DNA of 64,000 nt from an uncultured Candidatus Saccharibacteria bacterium (GCA_964602145.1 CAZRPP010000001.1:2043-66042), one strand, 5' to 3'; positions 54,251 to 63,812 are shown, counted from the stretch's first letter. Translations and numbers: made by a program. Notes: generated by a model not told the origin, from the sequence alone.

Positions 54251-55801
54251 ATGATAACCATAAAAAAATACATCCCCTGGGCGGGTACCGCAATTTTATC
54301 AATTTGGACCGTGCTGCGGCACATAACCAACGGCATCAACATGGACGTTACTGGCCAAATTGGATTAGTTGGGCAGTGGATGAGCGGTTTGAGCGGAGGG
54401 GCGGAGCTTGGGCCAACCAATTACGTCGTTAAAATGCCGCTGTATTGGCTCATGAATCACGCCACGTTTTTTAGCCCGCGGCTCAGGTTGCTACTGTTAG
54501 CCCTAATATGTAATCTAGCCGCTTTCGTACTGATTTACTGGTTGGGTGGCAAACTGCTCAAACAGCAAAATATCAAAAATGATACGCTTTGGCGCCTGGC
54601 CATCATGTGGCTCGGCCTCTTAGGCGGCCGCGTTTTTTGGGCGGACTATGCTAACTCACGCAACTTAGAAATTGCCGGCGGCCTGGCGCTGATGGTAATT
54701 TGCCTTGTACTCATAAAAAAACACAGCTGGAAAAAAGTGGTGGGCCTAACGGGCCTGGCGAGCCTGGTGTTTTTTGCCGATCCACTAGAAATGTATCTTT
54801 TACTACCACCACTCATGGCCTACGGAGTAGTCAGGGCTTGGCGACAAAAAGATGCGCGGCTGCTATTGCCAGGCGCTGCGCTGGTGGGGGGTGTTCTTGG
54901 GGCTAAGCTGATTACTGGGTTCACGAGTTGGCTGTTGCCCATACATTACGCCCAATTGCCGCGCGCTCAAATGGAGCTGAATTGGGTAACATTGCAGCAG
55001 ATTGTCAGAGGCATCATTACCAGTACACTGCGCTTGTTTGATGCAAACTTTGTCGGGCGAGCTATCGGGCCCAACACGTTGCGGCAGCTTATGAGTATTG
55101 TCATTCTTGGCGGTATCGTTGTGGTACTGGCGCGCGCCTGGCGACAGATTCAATCGTCGGTAAAGTGGCTGCTACTGGGAATAATCATTTGGAATTATGT
55201 TGTTTATGCGGTTAGCGGCAATGCGCTGTTTGAAGCCACAGAACGGTATGTTGTTTGGGTGGCAATCGGCCTACTGCTACTGGTTGGGTTAGCTAGCGAT
55301 GCGCTTAAGACGCAGCGCCGAGCTCAAAATAGTTGGTTGGCACTTATGACAGTCAGCGGCATATTGTTACTGGGCGCGCTGGCAATAAGTTGGCCGCAGC
55401 GCTTCAGTAAAGATGTACCTACGTTTGACACGGCGCAGTTAGCACACAGCAAACAATATGATTATATCATCGGATCATGGCAGCTGGCTGTGCCGGCTAA
55501 TTACTTTGCCGGATATAACGGTACGCCAATCCTGCCGGTGGTCTGTACGGCTGGGCAGCAGGTTACACTACGTGATATGTTCTACGATGCCGATGCATGG
55601 GCTAAGCTTGGCCAGACCAACGGCAAGACCCTACTACTATTGCCGGATACTGGGATAGATTCTGGTCCAATGCACTGTAGTAAAGAAAGCATTTTAACGC
55701 AGCTGGGCAATCCCATACCGGCTGGGCAGCTACCGTCGGTAGGCAATATGTACGAGTTGCCTAGTAATAACGCGGCGTTGCAAACTTTACGGTTGCCGTA
55801 G
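54251..55801 (+). CDS. Polytopic membrane protein with C-terminal extracytoplasmic domain; possible GT-C type (ArnT/PMT-like) glycosyltransferase
   Basis: About 11 TM helices. Context is GtrA, a GT2 enzyme and a PIG-L deacetylase. No catalytic motif confirmed. ATG at 54251 avoids the tRNA. Confidence 0.4.
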   Translation: MITIKKYIPWAGTAILSIWTVLRHITNGINMDVTGQIGLVGQWMSGLSGGAELGPTNYVVKMPLYWLMNHATFFSPRLRLLLLALICNLAAFVLIYWLGGKLLKQQNIKNDTLWRLAIMWLGLLGGRVFWADYANSRNLEIAGGLALMVICLVLIKKHSWKKVVGLTGLASLVFFADPLEMYLLLPPLMAYGVVRAWRQKDARLLLPGAALVGGVLGAKLITGFTSWLLPIHYAQLPRAQMELNWVTLQQIVRGIITSTLRLFDANFVGRAIGPNTLRQLMSIVILGGIVVVLARAWRQIQSSVKWLLLGIIIWNYVVYAVSGNALFEATERYVVWVAIGLLLLVGLASDALKTQRRAQNSWLALMTVSGILLLGALAISWPQRFSKDVPTFDTAQLAHSKQYDYIIGSWQLAVPANYFAGYNGTPILPVVCTAGQQVTLRDMFYDADAWAKLGQTNGKTLLLLPDTGIDSGPMHCSKESILTQLGNPIPAGQLPSVGNMYELPSNNAALQTLRLP

Positions 55802-56803
55802 TGCGGCGGGCTGGCTGTACTGCCGGTCCATGAACTGCTGGTAGGTGCCAATGCCATGTTCATGGCAGTACTCCACTGGCGTGCAAATTGCGGGATCACG
55901 CAGGGCGTAGGCAAAAAAGATATCATGTTTGAGCTGAGCCTGTTGCTCGGATAAGTTAACCGGCATAGTACGAGAGGGATAGCCAACAAAATAGTTTGTG
56001 GCAACTCGCTGCTGGGGCTGACTGCCGACATATCTGCGCACAGCAACCATAGTTAGCAGGCCGGTGGTTCGGTGGTCGCTATGGTCACCGCGGGGGCTGT
56101 CGGCGGTTTGAGAATTGATTACCGCGGGGTGATAGGCGCGCATAATAGTGGCCAATTTTTGGATTAAATCAGAGCGTGAAAGTCTAACCGTACTATTTAT
56201 TGGTGATATGCGCGATATTTTGCCTGACCATAATTTTTGGATGCTGTTGCCGCTGGTGCCAGCAAAGCCATTTCCGTCTAAGTTACCGTCTGGCAGTCTT
56301 AGAAAAATGAGCGAGACGGAATCGTTATTGACAGGAGCTGCAGCGAGTACGCTGAGAGTTTTGGTAATGATTTCTTTTTTGTAGTACCACGAAGTATCGC
56401 TGCCAAGCATGACGTTGTAGGCGGCAATTGCACCGTCTTCTCTGTCTTGCATGTAGCGATTGCCATACGAATGGTCACCGGCAGTAACATAGACGGTCCG
56501 GACGCACTTACCGGCGGCAATCGCATCGCTAATAGTGGGGTTAATAAACAGCATGTCGTCGTCCTGATGCGCCACGACATTCATGACCGTATTGTGTTTG
56601 CAATGAGCGGGCGACAAATCGTGCACGGGCTCATCCGGTAACAAGAAATTTTCCCAGTGCAGGGGTTTCTTTCCAGGCGAGTTAGCCGATATAAAGCTAA
56701 CCGTTTTCTGGGCGGGCGGCTCCAGCACTTGTTGACCAAAACTAATAGTGCCGATTGCAATCAGCCAAGCCAATGCAAGGATAAAGCTGAGCCTGGCGCG
56801 CAT
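55787..56803 (-). CDS. PIG-L/LmbE-family deacetylase, secreted or anchored
   Basis: VVAHQDDDMLF (H-x-DD) and GDHSDHRTTG (HxxH) motifs, with an N-terminal signal. Confidence 0.75.
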   Translation of the reverse strand: MRARLSFILALAWLIAIGTISFGQQVLEPPAQKTVSFISANSPGKKPLHWENFLLPDEPVHDLSPAHCKHNTVMNVVAHQDDDMLFINPTISDAIAAGKCVRTVYVTAGDHSYGNRYMQDREDGAIAAYNVMLGSDTSWYYKKEIITKTLSVLAAAPVNNDSVSLIFLRLPDGNLDGNGFAGTSGNSIQKLWSGKISRISPINSTVRLSRSDLIQKLATIMRAYHPAVINSQTADSPRGDHSDHRTTGLLTMVAVRRYVGSQPQQRVATNYFVGYPSRTMPVNLSEQQAQLKHDIFFAYALRDPAICTPVEYCHEHGIGTYQQFMDRQYSQPAALRQP

Positions 56804-57747
56804 TAGGCGTCCTTTGAACGTTCAGGGTCAATAATATAGAGTGGCCGATTCTGGGTTTCTGCATGAATGTGGGATAAATACAGTCCAATAATTCCTTGCG
56901 ATACTAACACGAGGCCAAGCAAGAATAATATCAAGACGCTTAAGTACGCGGTGCCGGTGGCGTGGAATTGAAGCGGGTCATGCAGCAGCCAGTTGCCGAG
57001 CATGCCAAGGCCAAGCAGAGTAGCTAACGGCAGCACCAGTGCACCAATGTAGGCAGTAACATACAGCGGCGAAATACTGAGCGAAATAGCGCTGTCTATA
57101 GCCAGCTTCATGAGCTTGCGCGTGCTATAGGTGGCGCTTCCGCTCTGGCGAGGCTTGGCCGTAAAATCAATGAATGTCTGCGGATAGCCCAGCCAGTCAA
57201 TCAGGCCGCGGGTAATACGATTTCTTTCAGATAGCCGACTAAAATCCTGTTGAACAGTCTGGTCTATGAGCCGAAAGTCCGTCGCGCCTGGCGTCAGCCG
57301 CACACCGCCAAATTTCCCATAAAATGCGTAAAAAGCTTTCGAGCCCCATCGTTTAATCAGGCCTTCTTTTTGGTTGGCGATGCGTCGTCCAACGACAACT
57401 TTGGCGCCTTTTTTCCACTGCTGCACAAACTGCGGAATGAGTTCTACGGGGTGCTGCCCATCGCCGTCTAGCGTCAGAATTGCTTTGCCCTTGGCAGCAT
57501 GGAGACCGGCCGTAGTAGCAATTTCTTTGCCAAAATTGCGCGTTAACTGCACAGCACGAACATCTTTGATGTTTTTTAGGATGTCGCCGGTATTGTCTTG
57601 GCTGCCATCGTTGACGTAGATGATTTCCACGTCGTTTTTATAGTGTTTCTGCAGCACTTTGCTAAGGTCTTTGTGAAACTGCGCTAGGCCGGCCGACTCA
57701 TTGTAGAGCGGCACAACAACCGACAGGAGCGGTTTTGACAAATTCAT
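56803..57747 (-). CDS. Family 2 glycosyltransferase, GtrB-like (polyprenyl-phosphate sugar transferase)
   Basis: LSVVVPLYNE, DGSQD and LDGDGQHP motifs, with two C-terminal TM helices. Confidence 0.85.
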   Translation of the reverse strand: MNLSKPLLSVVVPLYNESAGLAQFHKDLSKVLQKHYKNDVEIIYVNDGSQDNTGDILKNIKDVRAVQLTRNFGKEIATTAGLHAAKGKAILTLDGDGQHPVELIPQFVQQWKKGAKVVVGRRIANQKEGLIKRWGSKAFYAFYGKFGGVRLTPGATDFRLIDQTVQQDFSRLSERNRITRGLIDWLGYPQTFIDFTAKPRQSGSATYSTRKLMKLAIDSAISLSISPLYVTAYIGALVLPLATLLGLGMLGNWLLHDPLQFHATGTAYLSVLILFLLGLVLVSQGIIGLYLSHIHAETQNRPLYIIDPERSKDA

Positions 57748-57899
57748 AGTTATGTATTATAACATATTACTTAGCACTTGAAAAGCCGATTTTTACTGTA
57801 AAGTGACTCTAAAAACAGGTACCATCTGACACCTGTTTTTAGAAGGAGTTGCCAAAGCCCTGTTAAATCGGCACAATACAGTAGTAAAGCTTGCAAATC

Positions 57900-59165
57900 A
57901 TGAACGGTCTGAAGAAAATCGGTAAAAATTGGCTAGCGCTGCGCCTGGAAAAGCAGGTCATTAAGTTGCGTGCCAAGAACGATTTTAAGATTGTGGCTGT
58001 GGCCGGTAGTGTGGGCAAAACTACTACTAAGTTGGCGATCGCCAAGCTGCTGCAAGATTCGCTGGCCGTGCGTTTCCAGGAAGGCAACTATAATGACCGC
58101 TTAACGGTGCCGCTAGTAGTATTTGGCCAAAAAGAGCCAAGCATCTATAACATTTTTGCGTGGGCTAAAATTTGGGTCAGCAACCAGCTACAGCTGCGAA
58201 AGTCCTACCTCTATGATGTGGTCGTGTTAGAGCTTGGTTCCGATGGGCCGGGGCAAATCAAAGATTTTGCCTACCTTTGCCCTGAAATTGCAGTTATTAC
58301 AGCAGTTACTGATGAGCACATGGCCAACTTTAAAACGCTCGATGCAGTGGCAGCGGAAGAGCTGGGCGTGCTGGACTTTGCCCGGACATCACTGGTTAAT
58401 ACGGACAACACGGACACCCAATATTTGGCTGGCAGGTCATTTGACGGCTATGGCATGAGCGGCAACTACCGGATTGTCTCCCGGCAGTCCGCGGCTGAAG
58501 GCCAAGTCTTGCAGCTTAACTTAAACGGCCAGGAGCTGACGGTGCAAACACGTTTGCTTGGCGTGCAGGGCACACTGCCCACTTTGGCAGCTGCGAGCGT
58601 GGGGCAATTACTTGGTTTAAGCCAAGAACAAATCGTATACGGCGCGGGCCAAATTGAGCCGGCCGCTGGTCGTTTACAGATATTAAAGGGGTTAAAAAAT
58701 AGCACCATTATCGATGATTCCTACAACGCCAGCCCGATTGCGGTAAAAGCGGCCTTGGACGTGCTGTACGCGCAGCCAGCCAATCAACGCATTGCAATTT
58801 TGGGGAGCATGAACGAGATGGGTGAATTAAGTCCCGATATGCACAAAGACGTGGGCGCGTACTGCGACCCCGCGCGGCTCAATTTGGTAGTAACTATTGG
58901 CCAAGATGCCAAGCAATTTTTGGCGCCAGCTGCCAAAGCCCGCGGCTGCCACGTTGAGACCTTTGATAGCCCCTACGATGCCGGCCGCTATGTCCAGCGT
59001 CAACTAGAAGATAACGCTGCCGTGCTGGTAAAAGGTTCGCAGAACGGCGTCTTTGCGGAGGAAGCCGCCAAACTGCTGATAGATAATCCCGCAGAATCTG
59101 CCAAATTGGTGCGCCAATCTAGCGGTTGGCTGGCCGAGAAGCGTCGCCAGTTTCCGCGCGGCTAA
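57900..59165 (+). CDS. murF: UDP-N-acetylmuramoyl-tripeptide--D-alanyl-D-alanine ligase
   Basis: Mur ligase P-loop VAVAGSVGKTTTK, DDSYNASP and GSMNEMG. Confidence 0.85.
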   Translation: MNGLKKIGKNWLALRLEKQVIKLRAKNDFKIVAVAGSVGKTTTKLAIAKLLQDSLAVRFQEGNYNDRLTVPLVVFGQKEPSIYNIFAWAKIWVSNQLQLRKSYLYDVVVLELGSDGPGQIKDFAYLCPEIAVITAVTDEHMANFKTLDAVAAEELGVLDFARTSLVNTDNTDTQYLAGRSFDGYGMSGNYRIVSRQSAAEGQVLQLNLNGQELTVQTRLLGVQGTLPTLAAASVGQLLGLSQEQIVYGAGQIEPAAGRLQILKGLKNSTIIDDSYNASPIAVKAALDVLYAQPANQRIAILGSMNEMGELSPDMHKDVGAYCDPARLNLVVTIGQDAKQFLAPAAKARGCHVETFDSPYDAGRYVQRQLEDNAAVLVKGSQNGVFAEEAAKLLIDNPAESAKLVRQSSGWLAEKRRQFPRG

Positions 59166-60048
59166 GCGCCATTTGTACCAAGGCATCTACCAACTGTGGC
59201 ATGTCATAACCTGCCTGGGCGGCCATTTTTGGAAAGAGGCTGGTGGCGGTCATGCCGGGCAGGGTGTTGGTTTCCAAGATGACAATAGAATCGTCTGGCC
59301 GCACAAACATATCTGTCCGCGACAGGTCACGGCAGCCCATGAGCCGATGCGTCTGCAGCGCCAATTCTTGTGCTTTCTGCTGCGCCGCGAGGCTTACGTT
59401 TTGCGGCGGACACAGTTCCTGGGTGGCGCCATTATATTTGTTGGCGTAGTCAAACTCGCCGCTGGCGGGCGGGATAATTTCTATAACAGGCAGGGCTTTA
59501 TCGCCCAAAATACCAACGGTAATTTCCGTTCCATTTATAAGTTCTTCAAGGAGCAGCTGACCATGTGTTTTGAAGGCACCGTCAATTGCCGTCAGTGGCT
59601 TGTTGGCAGGCTGGCGAACAATAAATGTGTCGATGCTGGAGCCACCATTGTGTGGTTTTAAAACGTGGGGTCTTTGGTTTAATGCATGTGATTGATAGTC
59701 GTCGGCATTCACCAGCACACCCTCAGGGATTGGCATCTTGTCTTGGAGCATTTTTTCTAGGTATCGCTGCTTGTCAAACGTGAGACTGGAGGCTACTGCG
59801 TCTGAGCCCACATACGCTAACCGCAGCTTCTCAAGCCTTTGCTGAAACGTGCCATCTTCACCGCCCTTGCCATGCAGCACAGAAAAAATTACGTTGTGAT
59901 TTTGCAGGTCTTGGTCAGAACAGTTGGAGTCCAGTTGCACGGCTTGATAGCCGGCAGTAATCAGTGCTTGTAAAACAGCCGCGCCGGACCGCAGAGAAAC
60001 CTCGCGCTCATCGGAGGTGCCGCCGGCTAGGACTGCTACGGAAATCAT
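59119..60048 (-). CDS. ddl: D-alanine--D-alanine ligase
   Basis: VAVLAGGTSDEREVSLRSG, FSVLHGKGGEDG, and an ATP-grasp C-terminal half (EINGTEITVG, LETNTLPGMT). Confidence 0.9.
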   Translation of the reverse strand: MISVAVLAGGTSDEREVSLRSGAAVLQALITAGYQAVQLDSNCSDQDLQNHNVIFSVLHGKGGEDGTFQQRLEKLRLAYVGSDAVASSLTFDKQRYLEKMLQDKMPIPEGVLVNADDYQSHALNQRPHVLKPHNGGSSIDTFIVRQPANKPLTAIDGAFKTHGQLLLEELINGTEITVGILGDKALPVIEIIPPASGEFDYANKYNGATQELCPPQNVSLAAQQKAQELALQTHRLMGCRDLSRTDMFVRPDDSIVILETNTLPGMTATSLFPKMAAQAGYDMPQLVDALVQMALSRAETGDASRPANR

Positions 60049-60098
60049 AATTGTAGTATACCTTATTTTCTCTTGTCGCCTCTGTTATACTAGAGACC

Positions 60099-62867
60099 AT
60101 GAAGCGCTACAATCCCAAAGAAATCGAACCCAAGTGGCAGGCAGAGTGGGCCAAAGACAAAATTTATGAGGCCGCGGACAGCTCCGACAAGCCCAAAAAG
60201 TACATTCTGGAGTACTTCCCGTACCCCAGCGGCGCGGCCATGCACGTGGGGCATGTGCGCAACTACACCATTGGCGATGCGGTAGCGCGTCACGCTCGCA
60301 TGACTGGCCATAACGTGCTGCACCCTATGGGCTGGGACGCCTTTGGCTTGCCGGCAGAAAACTACGCCATTAAGAACAACATCAGCCCCCAGCAGGCGAT
60401 TGCGGAAAACACCACCAAGTTTAAAAAACAGCTCAGCCAGATGGGTTTTAGTTACGACTGGTCGCGCGAAGTTAACAGCTCGGACCCTAATTACTACCGC
60501 TGGACGCAGTGGTTTTTCCTGATGCTTTTGGAGCGCGGCCTGGCCTACCAAAAAGATAGCTTGCAGTGGTGGTGCGACACGGACAAAACTGTCCTGGCCA
60601 ACGAGCAGGTAGAAGCTGGCAAATGCTGGCGCTGCGGCAACACAGTGGTCAAAAAACCTCTGAAGCAGTGGTTCTTCAAGATCACAGACTATGCGGACCG
60701 ATTAGCAGCAGATCTAGACAAACTGGACTGGTCCGACGCCATTAAGACCATGCAGCGCAACTGGATCGGGCGCAGCGTGGGTGCGGAGGTTGATTTTACT
60801 GTCGATGGTACTAAAGACAAGATTACTGTTTTTACTACCCGTCCAGACACGTTGTTTGGAGCTACTTTCATGGTGTTGGCGCCGGAGCACCCGCTTGTAC
60901 AACGTATAACTACTAATGAGCAACGATCAGCAGTAGAAAAATATGTTAAAAAAGCGACTGCCAAATCAGACGTAGAGCGCCAAGAAAACAAGGAAAAGAC
61001 AGGTGTATTTACCGGCGCTTATGCAATTAATCCAATCAACCAAGCAAAAATTCCGGTCTGGATTGCCGATTACGTTCTGATGGGCTATGGCACCGGCGCC
61101 ATTATGGCAGTGCCAGCTCACGATGAGCGCGATTTTGCCTTTGCAGAAGCCTTTGGCTTGCCAGTTCAAGAAGTAATCGTTCCAGCCGAAGCCAAATACA
61201 CAATTATTGAGAAAAGCCTGAATTGTGAGCAGCCAGCACAAGATTTAGAGGAGTTTGGTAGGCTGACTGTTCGAGAAAAATCCAAGAATTGGGGAAATAT
61301 TTGGGAGCTTTTTGTTGCTCCAGAGAATGAGCCATCGCTTCGTGCCTACTTGGAGCAAAATATGGTATACGAATCGACTTCTACTGGGCGGTATGCCGAC
61401 AGTATGAGTACATCAAATTGGGTAGTTATCGCAGGTAAGTCACTGCGTCTAACAAACATAAAGGCATTTGATGATTTCAAAAAACAGGCAGTACAGATGG
61501 GTATTCCTGCTGAGCAATTAGATTTAGTTCAGCCAACAGTACTCCATGGTGAGGGTATCATGATTAACTCTGGCCGCTATAACGACTTAAAAAGTGCTGA
61601 GGCGCGTGAAAAAATCGTCCAAGACCTGGCCGCTGAAGGTAAAGCCAAAGAAGTTACAAACTATAAAATCCGCGACTGGCTGATTTCTCGGCAGCGGTAT
61701 TGGGGCGCGCCCATTCCTGTTATTCACTGTCCTAAAGACGGCGTCGTGCCGGTGCCGGCTAAAGACTTGCCAGTCACGCTGCCAGAGGTAGAAAGTTACC
61801 AGCCAACGGGGGAGGGGACATCGGTTTTGGCCAGCGTTAAGGATTGGGTCAATGTAGACTGTCCAAAATGTGGTGGCCCGGCCAAGCGCGAAACAGACAC
61901 CATGGACGGTTTTGCCTGCTCAAGCTGGTACTTCTTGCGCTTTGCGGACCCGCACAACAACAAAGAGCCCTTTTCCAAAGACAAAGTGGATTACTGGTGC
62001 CCGGTGGACGACTATATTGGCGGCGCCGAACATGCCGTAATGCACCTGCTGTACGCCCGCATGTGGACCAAAGTTATGTTCGATGCCGGCATGATCAACT
62101 TTGATGAGCCTTTCACCGCCCTAAGAAACCAGGGCATGATCCTGGCGCCAGACGGCCGCAAGATGAGCAAGAGCTGGGGCAACACCATCACCCCGGACGA
62201 AATTATTGAGCAAGGTTACGGCGCGGACGCCATCCGCCTGATGGAACTGTTTATTGGCCCCTGGGACCAAAAAGCCAACTGGAGCGTGGAGGGAATGGGC
62301 GGCTGTTTCCGCTTCTTGCAGCGTGTCTGGACACTGGTACAAGAATTCGCTTCCGGCCAGGCCGGAGAAAACGAGCAAACCGCCGCGCTACAGCGCGCCA
62401 CGCACACGGCCATTAAGCGCGTTAGCCAGGACATGCAAGACATGGGCTTTAACACCGCCGTGGCGGCGCTTATGGAATTTGTTAATGAAATGTACCGGCT
62501 AAAGGCCGCAGAAAAAGGCTTTGCAGACCGCGCCACCTGGCAATCGGCGCTGGAAAGTTTGCTGCTACTCTTGGCGCCGTTTGCGCCGCACATAACAGAG
62601 GAGCTGTGGCACGATTTAGGCAACCAAGAATCCATCCATTTGGCGGACTGGCCAGTGTTTGACCCAGCTTTGCTGGTAGACCAAACAGTCACCTACGCCA
62701 TTCAGGTTAATGGCAAGCTGCGCGGCGAAGTCAGCGTGGCAGTAAACACGGATAAAGACGCCGTGGCAGTCGCCGCTCAGGAACAGGTCCAGCAGCACCT
62801 AGCCGGTAAAGACATCAAAAAGACGATTGTGGTGCCGGGCAAAATTGTCAATTTTGTGGCCGCCTGA
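60099..62867 (+). CDS. leuS: Leucine--tRNA ligase with an extra ~100-aa insertion
   Basis: HVGH (HIGH) and KMSKS motifs, CP1 editing domain (TTRPDTLFGATF). Extra segment at about 61184-61550. Confidence 0.95.
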   Translation: MKRYNPKEIEPKWQAEWAKDKIYEAADSSDKPKKYILEYFPYPSGAAMHVGHVRNYTIGDAVARHARMTGHNVLHPMGWDAFGLPAENYAIKNNISPQQAIAENTTKFKKQLSQMGFSYDWSREVNSSDPNYYRWTQWFFLMLLERGLAYQKDSLQWWCDTDKTVLANEQVEAGKCWRCGNTVVKKPLKQWFFKITDYADRLAADLDKLDWSDAIKTMQRNWIGRSVGAEVDFTVDGTKDKITVFTTRPDTLFGATFMVLAPEHPLVQRITTNEQRSAVEKYVKKATAKSDVERQENKEKTGVFTGAYAINPINQAKIPVWIADYVLMGYGTGAIMAVPAHDERDFAFAEAFGLPVQEVIVPAEAKYTIIEKSLNCEQPAQDLEEFGRLTVREKSKNWGNIWELFVAPENEPSLRAYLEQNMVYESTSTGRYADSMSTSNWVVIAGKSLRLTNIKAFDDFKKQAVQMGIPAEQLDLVQPTVLHGEGIMINSGRYNDLKSAEAREKIVQDLAAEGKAKEVTNYKIRDWLISRQRYWGAPIPVIHCPKDGVVPVPAKDLPVTLPEVESYQPTGEGTSVLASVKDWVNVDCPKCGGPAKRETDTMDGFACSSWYFLRFADPHNNKEPFSKDKVDYWCPVDDYIGGAEHAVMHLLYARMWTKVMFDAGMINFDEPFTALRNQGMILAPDGRKMSKSWGNTITPDEIIEQGYGADAIRLMELFIGPWDQKANWSVEGMGGCFRFLQRVWTLVQEFASGQAGENEQTAALQRATHTAIKRVSQDMQDMGFNTAVAALMEFVNEMYRLKAAEKGFADRATWQSALESLLLLLAPFAPHITEELWHDLGNQESIHLADWPVFDPALLVDQTVTYAIQVNGKLRGEVSVAVNTDKDAVAVAAQEQVQQHLAGKDIKKTIVVPGKIVNFVAA

Positions 62868-62938
62868 GGTCAAACCGCTTGAATCTTAAATAAAGATTAA
62901 CTTTTGGGTTTAGGCGTTTGGCCTAGACGCTTTACCCC

Positions 62939-62947
62939 TGTTACTAT
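62939..62947 (+). promoter_or_regulatory. Extended -10 box (TGTTACTAT) for cassette copy B, leaderless
   Basis: Ends 6 nt before ATG 62954. Matches the box of copy A. Confidence 0.5.
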
Positions 62948-62953
62948 GCAAAG

Positions 62954-63376
62954 ATGGATTTTTATCAATCTAAACTTGGCAGGGTAGCGGGCACGGACCG
63001 GAGCGAGGTTATGGCAAAAGCCCGTCTGTATTTTCAGGCGCTACAGAAGCGAAATGCAAGACGTCAGCCGTATGTGCGGTCAAAATTCTTTTACGGTGAT
63101 AAAGTTTTCATAAACATCTATTGGAATCACCTGGTCCAGAAACGCAAGAGCGAACAGTTAAAACGCTCAAGGCTACTGCCAGCTGCTTTGGACCTGCTCA
63201 GGAATGCAACTATTTCACCGACTATCCTACAAAACTACTCAGACAAACAACACAAGTATTTTAGATTTAAGGGGAGAACAAAAGACGGAACTATATTCTA
63301 TGTGCAGGTACGCCAAAATCTCAGAACTGACCGAAAAGATTTTATGTCAGCTTTTATGGCAAAAGGATACAAATAA
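62954..63376 (+). CDS. Basic 140-aa protein of unknown function, paralog of 45130-45546 (copy B)
   Basis: Shares motif blocks with copy A (RRQPYVRS, YW.H, AALDLL, YFRFKGRTKDG..FYVQV, RKDFMSAF). Appears AT-richer than leuS and rpmF by eye. Confidence 0.7.
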   Translation: MDFYQSKLGRVAGTDRSEVMAKARLYFQALQKRNARRQPYVRSKFFYGDKVFINIYWNHLVQKRKSEQLKRSRLLPAALDLLRNATISPTILQNYSDKQHKYFRFKGRTKDGTIFYVQVRQNLRTDRKDFMSAFMAKGYK

Positions 63377-63460
63377 AAAAGACCTCCGCTGGGTGGCGTA
63401 AAAACCACGGTGCCGAAGCCTTTGCTAGTATCTTAACCAACCAGCGAGTAGTTGTCAAAC
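63375..63460 (+). repeat. Structured 3' unit B1
   Basis: Closest to A2: AAAAAAGAC.TCCGC..GG...CACGG.GCCGAAGCCTTTGCTA...CGAGTAGTTGTCAA. Inner stem GTGG (63393-96) / CCAC (63405-08). Confidence 0.6.
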
Positions 63461-63547
63461 AAAAGAACTTTTGACGCTAGGGTAGCCTTGAAACTACGGG
63501 CCAAAAGTTCATACATTAGTATGTGCGTATAATAACGCGGTGTCAAT
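63461..63547 (+). repeat. Structured 3' unit B2
   Basis: Outer stem GAACTTTTG (63465-73) / CAAAAGTTC (63502-10), perfect 9 bp. Inner stem GTAG (63482-85) / CTAC (63494-97). Tail ends in TGTCAA. Confidence 0.55.
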
Positions 63548-63552
63548 CGCGC

Positions 63553-63581
63553 TTGACCAACAGAGGTAGGCGCGGTACAAT
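63553..63581 (+). promoter_or_regulatory. Putative rpmF promoter TTGACC-17-TACAAT
   Basis: Good hexamers with 17-nt spacing. An AGAGGAGG RBS follows at 63611-18. Confidence 0.55.
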
Positions 63582-63626
63582 ACAGCTAATATTTATTAAC
63601 ATGCCCCCTAAGAGGAGGATGATTTT

Positions 63627-63767
63627 ATGGGTAAGCCCAAGAAGCGAACCAGCCCCCGGGCCACCGGTGCGCGCCGCAGTCATTTAGTGCTTAAATTAGC
63701 TCGTGCTGTCAACGCCAAGTCACCAGTTAAGGCTCGAACTACTAAAAAAGAAACTGGCAAAGCTTAA
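63627..63767 (+). CDS. rpmF: 50S ribosomal protein L32
   Basis: 46 aa, MGKPKKRTSPRATGARRSHLVLK... (typical L32 N-terminus). Strong RBS. Below the ORF-track length cutoff. Confidence 0.8.
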   Translation: MGKPKKRTSPRATGARRSHLVLKLARAVNAKSPVKARTTKKETGKA

Positions 63768-63812
63768 GCTTTTTGTCAGCATTGGCTGACATATTTAAAA
63801 AGGAATTAACAA

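Noticed and set aside
61184-61550. An intein in LeuS
   Set aside because: There is no Cys/Ser at the insert N-terminus in the right context, no block-G His-Asn followed by Cys/Ser/Thr, and no endonuclease motifs. It is treated as an insertion domain instead.
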